Below are positions 11,683 to 25,665 of a DNA stretch of 64,000 bases, in pieces (the stretch's first letter is position 1; every line of letters begins with the position of its first letter). The stretch spans positions 44,392,001 to 44,456,000 of the forward strand of contig CM060731.1 in assembly GCA_030704615.1 (NCBI GenBank). Reading direction: 5' to 3'. Under the pieces are notes generated by a model. The model was given only the letters and a program-made list of their open reading frames with translations. It did no database searches and was not told where the DNA came from. Source of the stretch: Takakia lepidozioides (lineage: Eukaryota > Plantae > Bryophyta). A program made the translations under genes and the position numbers.

Positions 11683-13073
11683 CTAGCTTATACAATCTGC
11701 CACCTATCATTGTGTAGGGTAAAGCCTTGATAGCTATTCTCTTTCTCTGTTCCTTCCCATAACTGGGTGGACATTGACCATGAGTATGGTAATATCTGAT
11801 CGGCCACTGCCAATCTAACCAATCATCTGTACTTCCCTGCACCTCCACTCCAAATAAACTCGCATCAGGTAGTTGGTCGTCTACTCCTGTGGCGGGCTCT
11901 CCTGTTGATAGGCGTGACAAGTGATCTTGCCACAAGATGCAAACGGCGAGGCTTGTAAACAACTTTGAATTCAAACTCGTGCAAGATTATTAACCATCTT
12001 GCTATCTTGCCACTTATCAAAGGCTTGTTCACCAGATAAATCAAAGCCTGATGATCCACATAAAACATGAACTTCCTTCCCAATAGGTAATGCCTGAATT
12101 TCTTGACTGCATAAATCATTGCCAATGCTTCTCTTTCAGTTGTGCTATAGTTCCTTTCAGCACTGTTCAACAACCTGCTAGCATAGTACACAGGTGAATC
12201 TATGTTTTCTGTTACATTTTGGGCTAACACCGCTCCCAATGCTTCTCCTGAGGCATCACAGTGTACATGAAATACTACATGCCAGTGAGGGTTAATCAGC
12301 ACAGGTGTAGTTGTTACTGACAATGTAAGTTCCTCAAAAGCCTGCTGACATTCAGCTGTCCATGTAAACACTGCATCCTCCTAGCTTGTACATTCTGCCA
12401 CCTATCATAGTATTGGGTAAAGCCTTGATAGCTATTCTCTTCCTCTGTTCCTTCCCATAACTGGGTGGGCACTGACCATGAGTAAGGTAGTATCTGATTG
12501 GTCACTGCCAATCTAACCAATCATCTGCACTTCCTTGCACCTTCACTGCAAATAGACTCGCATCAGGTAGTTGGTCGTCTACTCCCGTGGCGGGCTCTCC
12601 TGTTGATAGGCGTGACAAGTGATCTGCCACAAGATGCAAACGGCCAGGCTTGTAAACAACTTCGAATTCAAACTCGTGCAAGATTATTAACCATCTTGCT
12701 ATCCTGCCACTTATCAAAGACTTGTTCACCAGATAAATCAAAGCATGATGATCCACATAAAACATAAACTTCCTTCCCAATAGGTAATGCCTGAATTTCT
12801 TGACTGCATAAATCATTGCCAATGCTTCTCTTTCAGTGGTGCTATAGTTGCTTTCAGCACTGTTCAACAACCTGCTAGCATAGTACACAGGTGAATAGTT
12901 TCCTGTGATATTTTGGGCTAACACAGCTCCCAATGCTTCTCCTGAGGCATCACAGTGTACATGAAATACTACATGTCAGTGAGGGTTAATCAGCACAGGT
13001 GTAGTTGTTACTGACATTGTAAGTTCCTCAAAAGCCTGTTGACATTCAGCTGTCCATGTAAACACTGCATCCT
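11683..13073 (-). repeat. Diverged tandem duplication (~695 bp x2) of the RT C-terminus/RNaseH/integrase-linker segment
   Basis: Two copies of VFTWTAECQQAFEELT...SPVYYASRLLNSAE...STGEPATGVDDQLPDASLF; junction near 12380. Confidence 0.9.
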
Positions 13074-16000
13074 TCTTCAAAAGCTTGCTCAATGGAGCTG
13101 CCATCTGTGCATATCGTTTGACAAACCTTCTATAATAAGTAGTTTGTCCAAGGAACCTCCTTAGACCCTTCACATTACTTGGTGGTGGTGAGGCTTTAAT
13201 AGCCATTGTCTTTCTAGGATCCACAAGCAGTCTCTTCTTACACACAATGTGTCCCAGTAGTACCCCTGGGTTCACGCAAAAAATACACTTTTCTGGATTC
13301 AAACCAAGACCTCTCATCCTGCATCTGGCTGAATATAACTCTAACTTTTGCAAAGACTCATTCTTAGAGCTGTACACACTGAAGTCATCTAAGAACACTT
13401 GCATGAAATCATCCAGATACTCATGGAAGGATTCACTTATCACTCTGAAAAGTTGCTGGTGCATTACAAAGTCCAAAAGGTATGACTTTGTATGCATATG
13501 CACCCCAGGCTGTGATAAAAGCTGTTTTTCCTTGATCTTCTTCCGCCACTTGCACTTGGTTATACCCACTGAAGCCATCCATGAATGAGTACATCTCATG
13601 GCCTGCCACAATGTCCAATATAACTTCTGTGAATGGTAAATGAAAGAGATCTTTCTTTGTACAAGCATTCAATTTTTTATAGTTCACACAAACCCTCAGT
13701 TTGCCATTCTTCTTGGGAACTATCACAATGGGTGACAACCAAGTTGTATACTCTATCGGGTATATGAACTTAGCCTCAGCCAACTTTTTGATCTCTTCTC
13801 CAACCTTCTGTGCATAGTTGGGATTCATCCTGTACCTTGCCTGTTTGATTGGTACTGACCCTGGTTCTAGTTTGATCTTATGCTAGCAGATCTCAGGTGG
13901 TATCCCTTTCAGATCCTCATAGCTCCAAGCAAATACATCTTTGTATTTGATAAACAGGCTCTTAGCTTCCTCAAAGAATTTTGGCTCCAAGTCAGCCCCT
14001 ACTTTCACCATTCTTGGCTCTTCCTCAGTTCCCACATTCACTTCTCTCACCTGCTCCTCAGCTGTGATTGTCCATCCAACCACTACTTCATCCTGTAAAC
14101 TCACAATGGCTGATTCTTCTAGGATTTCTATTTCTCCCCCATTTCTCCCTCTCTTTCCTCATGAAAATGTGGTGGGTAACTACTTGTTTCCCCCTCAATT
14201 GGTGTTGCTGTTACCGCACCACAACAGATACCTTTAAAACAACTCAGACCTCCCAGTTGCATTTTTGCAACTTGCTCCCACTCTGGGTGCGCAACAAACA
14301 GGGTAGTTTCCTGCTCCTCATCAAGTCCTCCCCTCCAGTCATACTCTCTGACTCCACGAGGTCTTCTGGTAGCAGGTAGCCTACTAGATTTCTTAGTGGT
14401 GACCTGTATCTTGTGTTTCCTATCATGCACAGTCAATAACTGGGAATTTCAGTCATGGAATACCCTGGCCTGTTTCAGCCATGGTCGTCCCAACAATAAG
14501 GAGTAAACTTCCATAACATCATCCATTTTCAACACAGTCATTGTGATCTTAAAGATCATCTTTTGAATCTGTATCTTAACTCCTCTTATCAAACCTAATG
14601 TTGTACACTCCGTTGATCTGCCATTGTTACTGTGAATGGAGCTGGTTTCATGTTACTTAGACCAAGCTTCTGCCTTAATTGGTCTGTCATAATATTCACT
14701 CCTGAGCCTCCATCTATCTGTACATCAGTCAAGTCTGTGCTTCCAATTCTCAATTGGATTACTGGCATAGAATCGTCAAAGTCCATGACAGTTTCTTGCC
14801 CTTCAGGCTTCACATTATAACTTGATACCTTGCTGTTCAGGTCTGTGTTATCTGTCACATGAGTAATATGATTGATTGCTTGATGATACAGCCTGTGCCT
14901 ACAATGAGGTGCCACAGCCAATAGTTGTCCAATGGTAATATCAGCTTTGGACTGGCATATTACTTTAGCCAAAGTCCATTCATTACCCTGTGCAGCTTCT
15001 TGCTTCACTTCATCTTCACCCTCTTCATCTTCTCTATCAGAGTCAGAAGAATCTGCCATAGGGATATCAATATTCTTCTGCATTTCCCTTATGGTATCTG
15101 CCACTTCTTTGTGCAGTTCCTTCTCATCTCTCCAAGCCTCATCATCTTTAGGCACATCACTGCCATCTTCATTAACATCTTTTTCCTCATCCACTAGAGG
15201 TATTAGTTTAGCTTTGCTGCTGGTAGCTATCATTGTACTTGCTTCTGGTACAAAACATGGCCTAACCATGTGAGCTGCCACCATTGGGCCCTCATTCACA
15301 GGAGCTTTCATCTCATTCTGGTGTCTGATCCAGAATGGATAGGCTGCTTTGCGATGTCCTGCCTGATTACAATAGTAACACAGTTCTTCACCATTGGGTC
15401 CTCGCCCTTGGTCTGCTCTGGGATTATTTCTATAATCCTCATTCCCTTGCTAGTAATTCCCCCTTGGATTACCCTGATAGTTGCCTCTGGGGTTGCCTTG
15501 GTAATTCCCTCTTGGATTACCTCTCCCTGCCATACCATTGTTATATCCACCAGGCCTACTATAGTGGTCCTGATCATTGTTTCTTCTTGGCTGGGGCTGC
15601 ACTTGATGCACCCTTACTTGCCTAGGTTCCCTTGCAGCTGTCCTTCTGTTGTAATAACAATTCTCAGTAGAATGGTTATCCATTTTACAGATAGTACAGT
15701 GTTTCTCCTTCATGTGGCATTCAGCTGTGGTATGGCCTTTATTCTGACATTTTGCACACCAAACACTATTTCTTCAATGTGTTACAGCCTCTGTGACATA
15801 CTTTTTCAAGATTTCTTCCAGCCTTTTCTCATAGTTATCCCTCTTCAATTTGTCCTTCTTTTTACTCTTCCTCTTGAGCTCTTGCTCTTCTTCTTCATCT
15901 GACTCATCTTCAGAATCCTCATCATCCCTTTTCTCTCTCCTGAGCATCCCCAGTTGCTCAATTTTGTTGGCTGTTTCAAATGCCTCTTCCACTGTATTAT

Positions 16001-16976
16001 GGGGTAGCATATCCACTTTCTTTTGTAATTCAGGTCTTAATCCACTCACAAACCAAGTCTTCTATAACCCTGGTGCTGGCACAACAACCAGCTTTTTCAT
16101 CATCAACTCCATCTTTTCCATGTACTCTTCAACAGTTTCATGCTTCATTTGCTTTAACTGTTGTAAACTCCCATACACTTCATTCTCAATTTTGCTTGTC
16201 CTGAACCTGTTTCGGAATGCTGTACTAAGGCCATTCCAGGTTAGGAAATGATTATTAGGAAATCTTGCATACCATTCACTTGCTTTCTTGATAAGTGTAA
16301 CAAAGAAACAGTCTCATCTTAGCATCATCGCCATTCTCATTGTTCACAATATACATGTGCTCAAATTGGCTGATGTGTACATCAGGATCCTGCATATATT
16401 GGAAAAGGTGGTTTTGCCCGTGTTGGAGGTACCGCCATCTGTGCCTGGGGGGTGCACTCTTTATAAAATGTCCGTATCACGTGCGTTCGCCGCTCAAGGC
16501 TGAAATGCAGGTCTGTGAAATATTGCAATTGATCATGAGTGGAAACTGAACTGCTTCTCTTTACCCCAAACCTCTTAAAGGCATGAAAAGGTACAATGGA
16601 AGAGATCAGTGAAGCCTTTTGATGGAATCAAATGTGGGTTGCAAATACTTAACATTGCTCCAGCACTCAGCGACGTTGTTGGATCACATGAGTTTGTATG
16701 ACCAAACAGCGGTTACACTTCCGCAATCTAGTGTCACTAGTACAATTAGCAAATTTTATTGGAGTCTGTTAGATCCCAGGTTACTCAGAGAGTGCAAAAG
16801 GAGGGGAACAATAGAAAGAAAACACTTGGTTGGAAAGAGTTTATGATGCTCCAACTGAATAAGGCTGTAAGTTCCATGGTGTACCAGAACAAATCCACCT
16901 TCAGGTAGATGATTTGCTATGATGCATATATATCGTTCTTGCTCAATGGTATCTCCTTCCCCTTGTGCCTGTCCAG

Positions 16977-18080
16977 GAATTTCCAAAGGCATTATCAATG
17001 AGCTGCTACAGGCTATGTTGCACGTACTCCCAGATGTTGAAACCCGCGTAGGGACCCATCGCATCCTTGTCTTGCTTCTCATCCCAGCCTCTGTCTCTCT
17101 CCCCTCTCGATATGAACATTTTCTTAAAAGTCGCCCATCAGCTTTCAGCTCTGCAGCCACCCTTTTTGAGAAGTTGAAAAGGGAGAGGGACACATACGGG
17201 TGACAGTGACAACGAGAGTCGTAACAGAGACGGAAAGATTCAAGGGACAACAGAGAGCATGGGGAGAGCAAATCGGCAGCTTCAAGGTCGAACTAGCAGC
17301 ATGGGAAGAGATGATCTGGGATTGGGGAAGGAAAATAGTATACATTCAACCACGAGCCCAAGCCACCGCCAAGCACTCAGGCAAAGCATGGGACGTTCGT
17401 GGACGCACTCACGGGGGCCCTCCAGTGGTGAGAAGGACAAGGTAATTTCGTTATTTCATCTCCTTTATCATCTTATCTGTAGTAAAGACATTCTTGGCTG
17501 GTGACTTAAGCTTATTGAAATAGCAGAGGATTTTGTTTGGAAGTAATTTTTCCTATTCCAGCTGAACCTCAGCAGGGATTGGCCCTTGAAGAAATTGCCA
17601 GCTTGTGGTCGGAGCACTGTGAGGCTAAGTGGGCATCAGGCAGAGCAGCCGCTCTCGACGTTGTGGCTGCAAGCCAGCATGCCCGACAATGTGCCTTTTA
17701 GCTATGAGGCCATATCTCACTTCTACAGACTGAAGCAGATCCCTGGAATTAAGGATCTGCCTTTAGTTGTAAGACTCAACCTGAGACCTCGCTCAATTCT
17801 GAGGGTTTGTTAGTTTGTGTACACAAACGATTACAACCTGGTAAGCAAATTTTCAAGGTAAAAAAAGGATTGACGGTCCTTATCTCATTTCTAATATTCT
17901 TCTTAGCAGGCAGTATCAATTGCTTCCTTGACATGATTCCACTGCTCTGATGTGATCTTTGGTACAGTGCATGTCTCGTTGCTTGTCCCATGCACTGTGT
18001 CCTTTGATCTAACATGTTTGAATGTTGAAAATCGACAGATTATCCTTACCCCTCTTTGTGCAGGACGAGCCCAGACTACT
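16977..18080 (+). pseudogene. EFR3/SEMI-ROLLED LEAF2-like gene fragment with introns, degraded
   Basis: LLQAMLHVLPDVETRVGTHRILVLLLIP..SAFSSAATLFEKLKRE and VRLSGHQ..LSTLWLQASMPDNVPFSYEAISHFY match plant EFR3-like motifs recalled from memory (AMVHPDHETRVGAHRIF; NYEAIAHTY). Splice-like sites at ~16977 and ~17441. Confidence 0.6.
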
Positions 18081-18494
18081 TACTGCTGCTTCCACTTCAT
18101 AGCTCAATAATTTCTTTGGTAGTTTTGCGTAATAGTCTCTCCATCACCGTGTAAGCGCATTTGGGGTTTTCTCCACTTAAGACTTTTGTCTTCCACATGA
18201 GCTGGCTTGATGGGCAGGCAAATATTCTTCATTAAGGACACATAGAAGGTATGTAGTTGAAAAAGGATAAGGACAAGCTGGATGACGTTACTTAAGGATT
18301 AGAGATTTGTCAACAGCGAGTTTGGGATTAGGAAGGTGATCTTGGCCAGCTTACTTATGAAGGACCTGGCTTGTAATCTGAGTAGCCAGCCATGGTGTGC
18401 CACATGAAATCGCTGATTAGCCTTTGGGATTTCTATTTAAGCTGGAGCTCAGTGATGATTTGGAATTTCAACAATGTACATCATGTGTTTGAGT

Positions 18495-19057
18495 GGAAGA
18501 TAATAGGAATAATGTAAGATTAATGTACACGTGCAACCTCTGACAGGATGGTACGCCGGTTTCCAGAATGTCAAATCTTCCCCACCCTCTCTTGAGGGTG
18601 ACATGGAACTGAAGGAGTGTCAACTCCACTCGGGGTTACACAGAATGGAGTGTAACTCCAGTCTGTGTAACCCACACTTGGTCTCGAAATTTGACTAAGT
18701 CCAAATGTGGCTAAGTATAAAATGGACCAACCAGAGTTACATGAGAAATCGAGGTTATAGAGGGTTACACCAAGTGGAGGGTTACATCGACCAGGGTTAC
18801 ACCGAGTGGAGGGTTACACTGCCACAGCCTTCCATCAGAAACTGAACCCAGAATTTTGCCACCTCCATTGCTATCACCTTACCATCACGCTACCCACCAC
18901 AGCTTGCAACCCACTCGGATTCATAAGTATTTAATAGTGAAACCGAGATAATTTGGGGTGGGGAGGATTTGACAGGGCCCAGGTTGCCGAAATCCGGCGA
19001 AAGTACTGTCAGATCACACGCGTCCATTAAGTTCTTACATTATTCCTATTATCTTCC
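18495..19057. mobile_element. Mutator-like MITE with long TIRs
   Basis: GGAAGATAATAGGAATAATGTAAGA... and ...TCTTACATTATTCCTATTATCTTCC, with imperfect TIR similarity extending ~90 bp. Flanks TGTTTGAGT / TATTTGAGA form a degenerate 9-bp TSD. Internal GGGTTACAC repeats. Confidence 0.8.
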
Positions 19058-20399
19058 TATTTGAGATGTGTTGGTTCAGTGGATGAACGGTTGGTGTTCA
19101 TGTAGCGAGAGTTGTTACAATCGTTTCCTCTACGGTTGATCCTGCAAGCAAGCTCTATCGGTTACATTTTCCCCCTGCAACACTGCTCACGGGTGAGGAA
19201 AGAGGAAGAACTCCTTAGACAGGAATATTGGCGTAGAATTTCAGATCGTTGATTCCTGTTTAGCCTCCATGTGTTGTGTGGGGTCTGTCGGAAGAGTCCG
19301 TCTCAAGACAGGATCCAACAGCCTTTCTTGAGGAACAATTGCTTCTAAGGGAAATGCTGGGGAGGGGATGCACATCTTTGCATGTGCTTAACATGCTCCG
19401 CAGTCACATGTGAAGTGAGTGAAGATCAGCCGAAGCATTGCGGGAGAGCCAGGCCGCAGCCCAAGTAAGTGTAACTGATCATGTCTTTCCCCATGCGAAT
19501 GTGGTAGTTTCGGAGAGCTTCGGTCTGCGCTTCGCAGTACGTTGCTCTGCAAAGAATGTCAGGAAATCTGATGCTTTGCCATAACCGAGTGTCGATGATC
19601 GAGTGTTGACCCTGGTTAGGTGTAAGCCGAGAGAGAGGATGTCGTATTGCGACAATAGGGGGAATTGAAATGAAATGGTACTCCATAACGTCCGCGGAAA
19701 GCTCAAAGAGCTTATGGGACAAGAGGAAGAAAGAAACAAGAAAGAGAGAGGGGCCCCCACAAAGCAGCCCAAAGCAACTATCGCTCAAGGTGTTGTCTAA
19801 GAGTCAAGGCCTCATGCAGGTATGCTGCCAAGCATTTCCAATCCTCGTAGTGACAGACCACCGTGAGAGATAGGGTATCACGGAATAGACAATTGAGTCT
19901 TCCACGGATCTCATAGTAGAAGGACAGTGAAAGTTCTTCACTTTCTATTTCCCTGTTGTTCCCGGTGCAACCTGGGCATAGGTGGTCTTCACGTTGCAAT
20001 TCTATCGTCACGGAGGACCAAGAGTATCTCCCCATAGAACTGTTGTAAGATGGGCTGGTTTCCATGTCCGCCTGAAGTGAAGTTCCAGAAGTTCTCGTCT
20101 GATGCGTACATCGTGGTCCTGTTTGGACACAATTTCCACCCCCGCTGTATATTGTGAGGGCCTGGGCTGTCAGCCCTCTGGGTGGAAGGGCTTGTAACCC
20201 TGTAAGATTGCAAGTCGGAAGATGGCCTCAATTTGACGTGGTACTCATGCAAATTCGACAGATAGAATTAGTGATGGTGCTGTGCCTCTAGCCCCAAGCA
20301 TTCCTTGGAGGAACGACTATTGCAGCAGTTCCAAAAATTTTCCCACCAGGTGCCAGAACTCACAGCCATAAGTCGTGGAGGGGTGACAACAGAGTTGAA

Positions 20400-23310
20400 G
20401 ATCCACTTTTTGGTGGGGGGTGGCGCAGGTGTATTTGTTTGCATTTAGCCTGAAGGTGTATGGAGGCAATCTTTCCATGGCAGTCTATGCAAACTGAAAT
20501 CATGGTGAGTGGATAACCAGACCCAGGTATGGATATGATTGCAGCCTCGATCTCTTGCTGGTTGAAGAGGAATCTCCGATTAACCGGCCTTTGAAAACCA
20601 TGATTTTAGTTTTGCTGAGGTTGACCTGCAACCTGTAGTCTTTGGAGAAGTCTTCTAGGGTGCAAAGGCATCGCTGTAGGAAGACAGGAGATTGTGCCTG
20701 TGAAACAATATCAATGGCGAAGACTGATTGTACTGGTCTTCCATCCAAAGGCACCCCCACTCCATTATTCTTCGCAATGTACCTTCCAAAGCATGTATGT
20801 AGATTCCAAATAGGGTAGGTGAGAGAGGGCAGCGCTGTTTGACCCCAATATTGCTGTGCACCTCTGCCGAGAATTCCCCTGCAACCGTGTCCCTGCCCAC
20901 AGCAGTTTCTAAAATGATGGCCGGAGGGACCTCTATCCTGCGTAATCTGTCCAGAAGGAGGGCTCAAGAGACTGAATTAAAAGCCTTTTGGAAGTCCACA
21001 AAGCAAGCATATGCCATTTTATTTGTCATAGATTGCTCATTTTACCATAGTTTGAAGAGTGAAAATGTGGTCAATAGTGGAACGGTTGCGCCAGAAGCCT
21101 GCCTGCCCAGTAGCACTAAGCTGAGAGGCTTCTGCCTAATCATCAAGTTCCATGGCCACAACTGCCACAAACAGTGTTCTGTCCACTCTGTCAGAAAGCC
21201 ACACCGCACTACTTTGGTGAAGAGATGTGCTATAAATGGGACAAAGGTTCATTTGATTGTCTGCTTTAAGAACAAAGATGAGGTGTTTGATTTTTGGGAT
21301 CACTGTATTGACACACTTCGTGATTTGTGGAGTGGTGTTGTCTGCTTGTTGGTATTCTTTGGTTGTCACTGATCTCCGGTTAAGACTTTGACGCCTAAAA
21401 GCCACCACTCTCTTTCTACCTCCAGTGATTTGAACTTCTGGAACTGAGTGTCAGAGACCATATCTACCTAAGAGTCCCGGCAATGGATGAGAATGGAACA
21501 ACATTGGTCATCCACATTTGAGTTAGGAGCAGTGTAAAGCACAACATTTGGTAGTACACACCCACTGACTTAATTTGCTAAGGTGTCCAAAGCATCTTCA
21601 GTTTGCCATAGTGCTAAGTTGTGTTAGGGCCCTCCAACAGGTCGTAAGGTAAATATACCCCTGGGGGACTTGATAATACATTTGCATGTAGGCCTGAAAG
21701 CATTGTTTCATGCAAATTTCTTCATACCTAGAGATGTCAACGAGAGATGTCAACGAGTTCAATTATGCACTGCAGTTGGTGCTGGAGTTGCAGCTCACCC
21801 ACTGTTGAAAAAGCTTGGAATCTTCTATCTGTCATCAGATAAAGAGACCAGGCAGAATCAAAGCATATGTTAGGAGTGCCCCACGTTGAAGTAGGAGGAA
21901 GACATGGACCTGGAGGTCCAGGCTATCAAAGCTGTTCTGGAGAAGTTTACTGGTTTGATCACTTTCTGCTTATGAAGATTCAGAGGCACCTACAGATAGA
22001 CACGTATCTTGACAGATGCCAGACTCTGAATTTGAGTGTGGGTTGGCAAGAGCAACAGCAGATTTAACTCTGAGGCTTTGATTTCTTTTGTGAAGAAAAT
22101 AAACATGGAGTCTGGCCAAGCTCTGGAACTGTGTTTCCCATTGCTTCCTACCATCTGTTGTGCCAGGAGAGTGGCTGTTCTTGTTACCAATACCGTCCAA
22201 GTTGGGTTGCATTGGTTATATAAGAATCCACACTTAAAAGTTTGACATAGGCCATGGAGTCAATGATGCTTGTGATGGACACCTCTCTCTATACCACACT
22301 GAAGGTGTACCCATTTCATTGTCTGCCTGCAGCCTGGTGTTTGAACAGTGGACTGTCCGTATTGGGTGGAGGTGGTGGCTGCAGATACTGTTCCCTGGTG
22401 GGTGCTTCCCTCTTTTCTTCGCTGATGATGCCTCGCAGGTTTGTTTTTCGGCCACAACCTAGGACCAACTGCCTGGTCTAGATCAGCCATGATCAGTTGG
22501 GAATCCAATCCCTTCAATTGCTTTTACATGGGGGTTATAAATTGCCAGTGTTAAGGTGGATGATATCAGACAACCCATCAGGACTTGAGTCAAAGACTGG
22601 ATCTTCATTACTCAAGTTGAAGGCACTGTTGCATCCAATGAAATGCTCCTTTGCACGCGCAAGTTCTTTTCTTATATGCTGAAGTGAAGCTTGAGGTCAT
22701 GGTACTTATACACTATTAGCAGTGCTTACAAAATGTTAATTCTGCTGTACAGCTTGCACAGTCTGTAGAGCCAGCCTGCTTGGTGGCAAATCTGCTGACA
22801 GTTCCCTATCCGCGGGAGAATTTACTCCAGCCATTTCCAAGCAATCTATGGAGCCTTTTCTTCATATACAGTGCCCCTCCAGTTTTATTTTCTAAATGCG
22901 CAGGCTGATGCACATGGCATTTACAGAGCCTTATCTGTAGCTCCATTTGCCAGCAATGAAAAAAATTCCTTCACTGAAACTTGGACCCTCAGATGATGAA
23001 TTCAAGCGAGAAATAAGAATTGACCAATGTAAATATGAGTGTCTGAGGTATCACCATAGATGGACTCTTCAACATGTCCATCGAGAGTGGATCGGAGAAC
23101 AGCTTGTTTATCTTTGGGCAGGTGCAACAGCCCATTCTGCTCATGTGTATTGTAGAATCTTTGCAGCTCAAATAGTCTTGCAGTTTTGCAGTAATCCTCA
23201 GGGTATCTGACCCCAAGCACAAATTGGCCATTTTATAGAGCTTTGAGGTGAGTGTTCTGACTGGTGCTCTTGAGTTAACATAGGTGATAACTGGCGGCAG
23301 GGACACCCGC
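20400..23310 (-). mobile_element. Degenerate LINE (RT remnants; possible endonuclease/ORF1 remnants upstream)
   Basis: AYACFVDFQKAFNSV (~20970-21015), GVKQRCPLSPTLFGIYI, LQVNLSKTKIMVF, YPYLG. Boundaries uncertain. Confidence 0.7.
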
Positions 23311-25665
23311 CTCCAAAATTACAACTAGTTCGTCTATAATTTTTGCCACTGCTGCTCTCCCTCCGTCCTTCTCGCCAAGTCTCTCCCTCAATATCTCAGG
23401 GTAAAACAGTACTCACAAAGTATCTTCCTTTTTTCCTCATCATCAAAGTCTACAAAAGTGCGCTAGCCAACCTTGGCATTAGTGTTAAGTGAACGCATTC
23501 CTAGTCTCTGCCATTTCCCTCACACTGCACTATTCCAATTTCCCTGGAACCCCGAGTGAAAACGTCAATATGTGCAACCTGTGTTTGTACGCTTGTACCT
23601 TGTCTTCTCCACCTGTATGGATTACACTTGCGCTCAGGCCAAGACGACAGGGGAGCAAGTCTGGATGCCTCGCAGAAAACACAATCTAATCCTATCTGCT
23701 CGTAACCTCTTCATGAACCTTGCTCCAATCCAACATCTCACCGCTCACCTGTTTCTCACAAGCAACAGTTTTGTTAGCAGTGCTTCAGAACCTGTACGCC
23801 ACTCACAGATGGTCCGTTCATTCGTGCAGAGGACAATAAGGTCCCTGGGATGAGTGAAATATGCAGGATTCCTGAATTTCCAACGGCGGAGATGAGGAAG
23901 GAAAAGAAGAAACGACTGACGGAAAACGCCGAAGCTCGAATCCCGAGGGAAAAACGACTGCCACAAATGTTGGGTGTTGGGCCAACAAAAGGACCGAGTG
24001 CGTCCCCTTATTATTAGCCCCACTGCATGCGTACCATTGCTGCAGTGCTTTTTGCAGGGCAGAGATTCGTTAAGGGATTATTCATCTTTTTCTCGCTAGC
24101 AATCCAGGCTAGCCACCCTTGCGGTGTTCTAGTGTGTTGTTGGACTGGCCCCTCTATTGAGAAATTATGTCTGACTGGCGGTGATAGTGGGGGCTGAGGA
24201 TGGGACAGATGACTGGGGGCCTGAGGTAAGTAATAAGCAGCTCTGGCAGATGCGATGATGGGGTTCTGATATTGTGAATTCTCTGCTGTTGGTCAGCCTG
24301 TGCCTAGCTTTCATAGGCACGCCGCTTTTATACAGGCTGTATTCATAGATGTGCGCCCAGATGTTTTTGCATGTTGGGGGGCTTCGGCCTTGCCACATCT
24401 TACCAGGCGGGAATCATACAATGAGGATTCAGGCTTTAGATAGTGAGAAATACAATTAAAAATTCGGAAACTTCATGAATCCTTCATTCTTTCAGGCTGT
24501 TTGTCCCTTAGCTAAGTTAACTACCTCCAATCTCTAGCCTTGAAACTTTTTGGGCTTTCAAGTGTAGGTCACAATGAATGGAGGGCCGCCAGCATAGAGT
24601 GTTTGTTCAACGTATTTTGATCATTACAAAGTCAAAAGAATATTATCCACGGTCCTCGAAATTCAATAAGAAAGCTGCACTTAATAGAACAAAGCCCCAA
24701 AAATGTCTTAGATTGAAGCTCTATGAAAAGGTTGTGCCTCAAAAGTAGTACACGAATCTCTCCCAAGGTCCTGTTCCCTCACATTCCCCACAGAATCTAC
24801 TGTAGGAAATTCGCTGACCTCTTTCCGACACACATCCTTTACAACACACAAGTATCCGAGAAACGTGCCTCACCTCAGTGCTGGTCATCGGTCATTAGAA
24901 TGTTTCCCACAAACTGCAACAGAAAAGGGCACATGCCTGGTCAGCCTGCTGTCCCTTGAGCACCCTATTATTCTCTTGGGAACCAACAGGTGCAGTGAGA
25001 AGTTTAAAATATCGGACAACTCTTATTATTTTATACTCTGAACAGTAACACATTTGCACACCCCGGTCTGCAACCCATGCTACGTTTGGTATTCATTGAT
25101 CCCACCTCTTACGCTCTATTTATGAGAGAACGCGGAAACCTTCCTTGACTATTTCCTCGTTCCCCATTGAAGACATACCAGTACTAAACCCACTCAAGCC
25201 TACCCGCAAATAATATCCATGAGATCAATGAGTCACCATAAAAAACCAAGAGGACTTCGAAAGGACCGACCATGTTTGCCACACCCGCGCACATTTGCTC
25301 GTGTTGTGCGAGACTGTCTGAAAAGGCTCACCCTGACTTGTGCGGCTATAAGAATATTTCGGCAGCAAGATGAGGAGCACAGTGGGCAGCGGGCTGTAGC
25401 TGTGCCAGTCTTACTGTACTCTAAACAAGTGACTTGCACGAGCCGGGCCTGTTGTTTTTGGCAATAGAAGTTTCCCCCGGAACTTGGCGTACTGACACGC
25501 AGGCAGGGCTCTAATTATTTGTGCCAGAATTTGCCAGATGAACTCCATTTGAAAAAGTTACAATATTCTGAAGCAGGCCTGTAGTCATCATGCTCAACTG
25601 AATTTGCAGGTACCCAAGAAGGAAAGTCAGGGGCACTCTGTGATATTGTTTAAGTGGAGAGTTAA

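Larger units (their letters stand above)
5271..16450 (-). mobile_element. Degenerate Ty3/gypsy LTR retrotransposon (gag-PR-RT-RH-INT plus an extra 3' ORF)
   Basis: gag with knuckle CTICKMDNHSTENC (~15450-16400); protease IDGGSGVNIM (~14700); RT WLSPIVIVPKKNGKLRVCV, GYNQV, VFLDDF (12976-13828); RNaseH CDAS...RNYSTTEREALA; integrase His/Cys region and PFQKWGLDFVGP...SDQG...QGNGQAE (10802-11974). Many stops and frameshifts. No 5' LTR found. Confidence 0.92.

Noticed and set aside
16450-17500. 5' LTR/PBS of the gypsy element
   Set aside because: No similarity to 5271-6058 and no recognisable PBS.
10688-17515. 17-bp direct repeat TGGTGACTTAAGCTTAT at 10688 and 17499 as a TSD
   Set aside because: The positions do not match any element boundary; one copy is inside the integrase tail. 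Unexplained and possibly chance.
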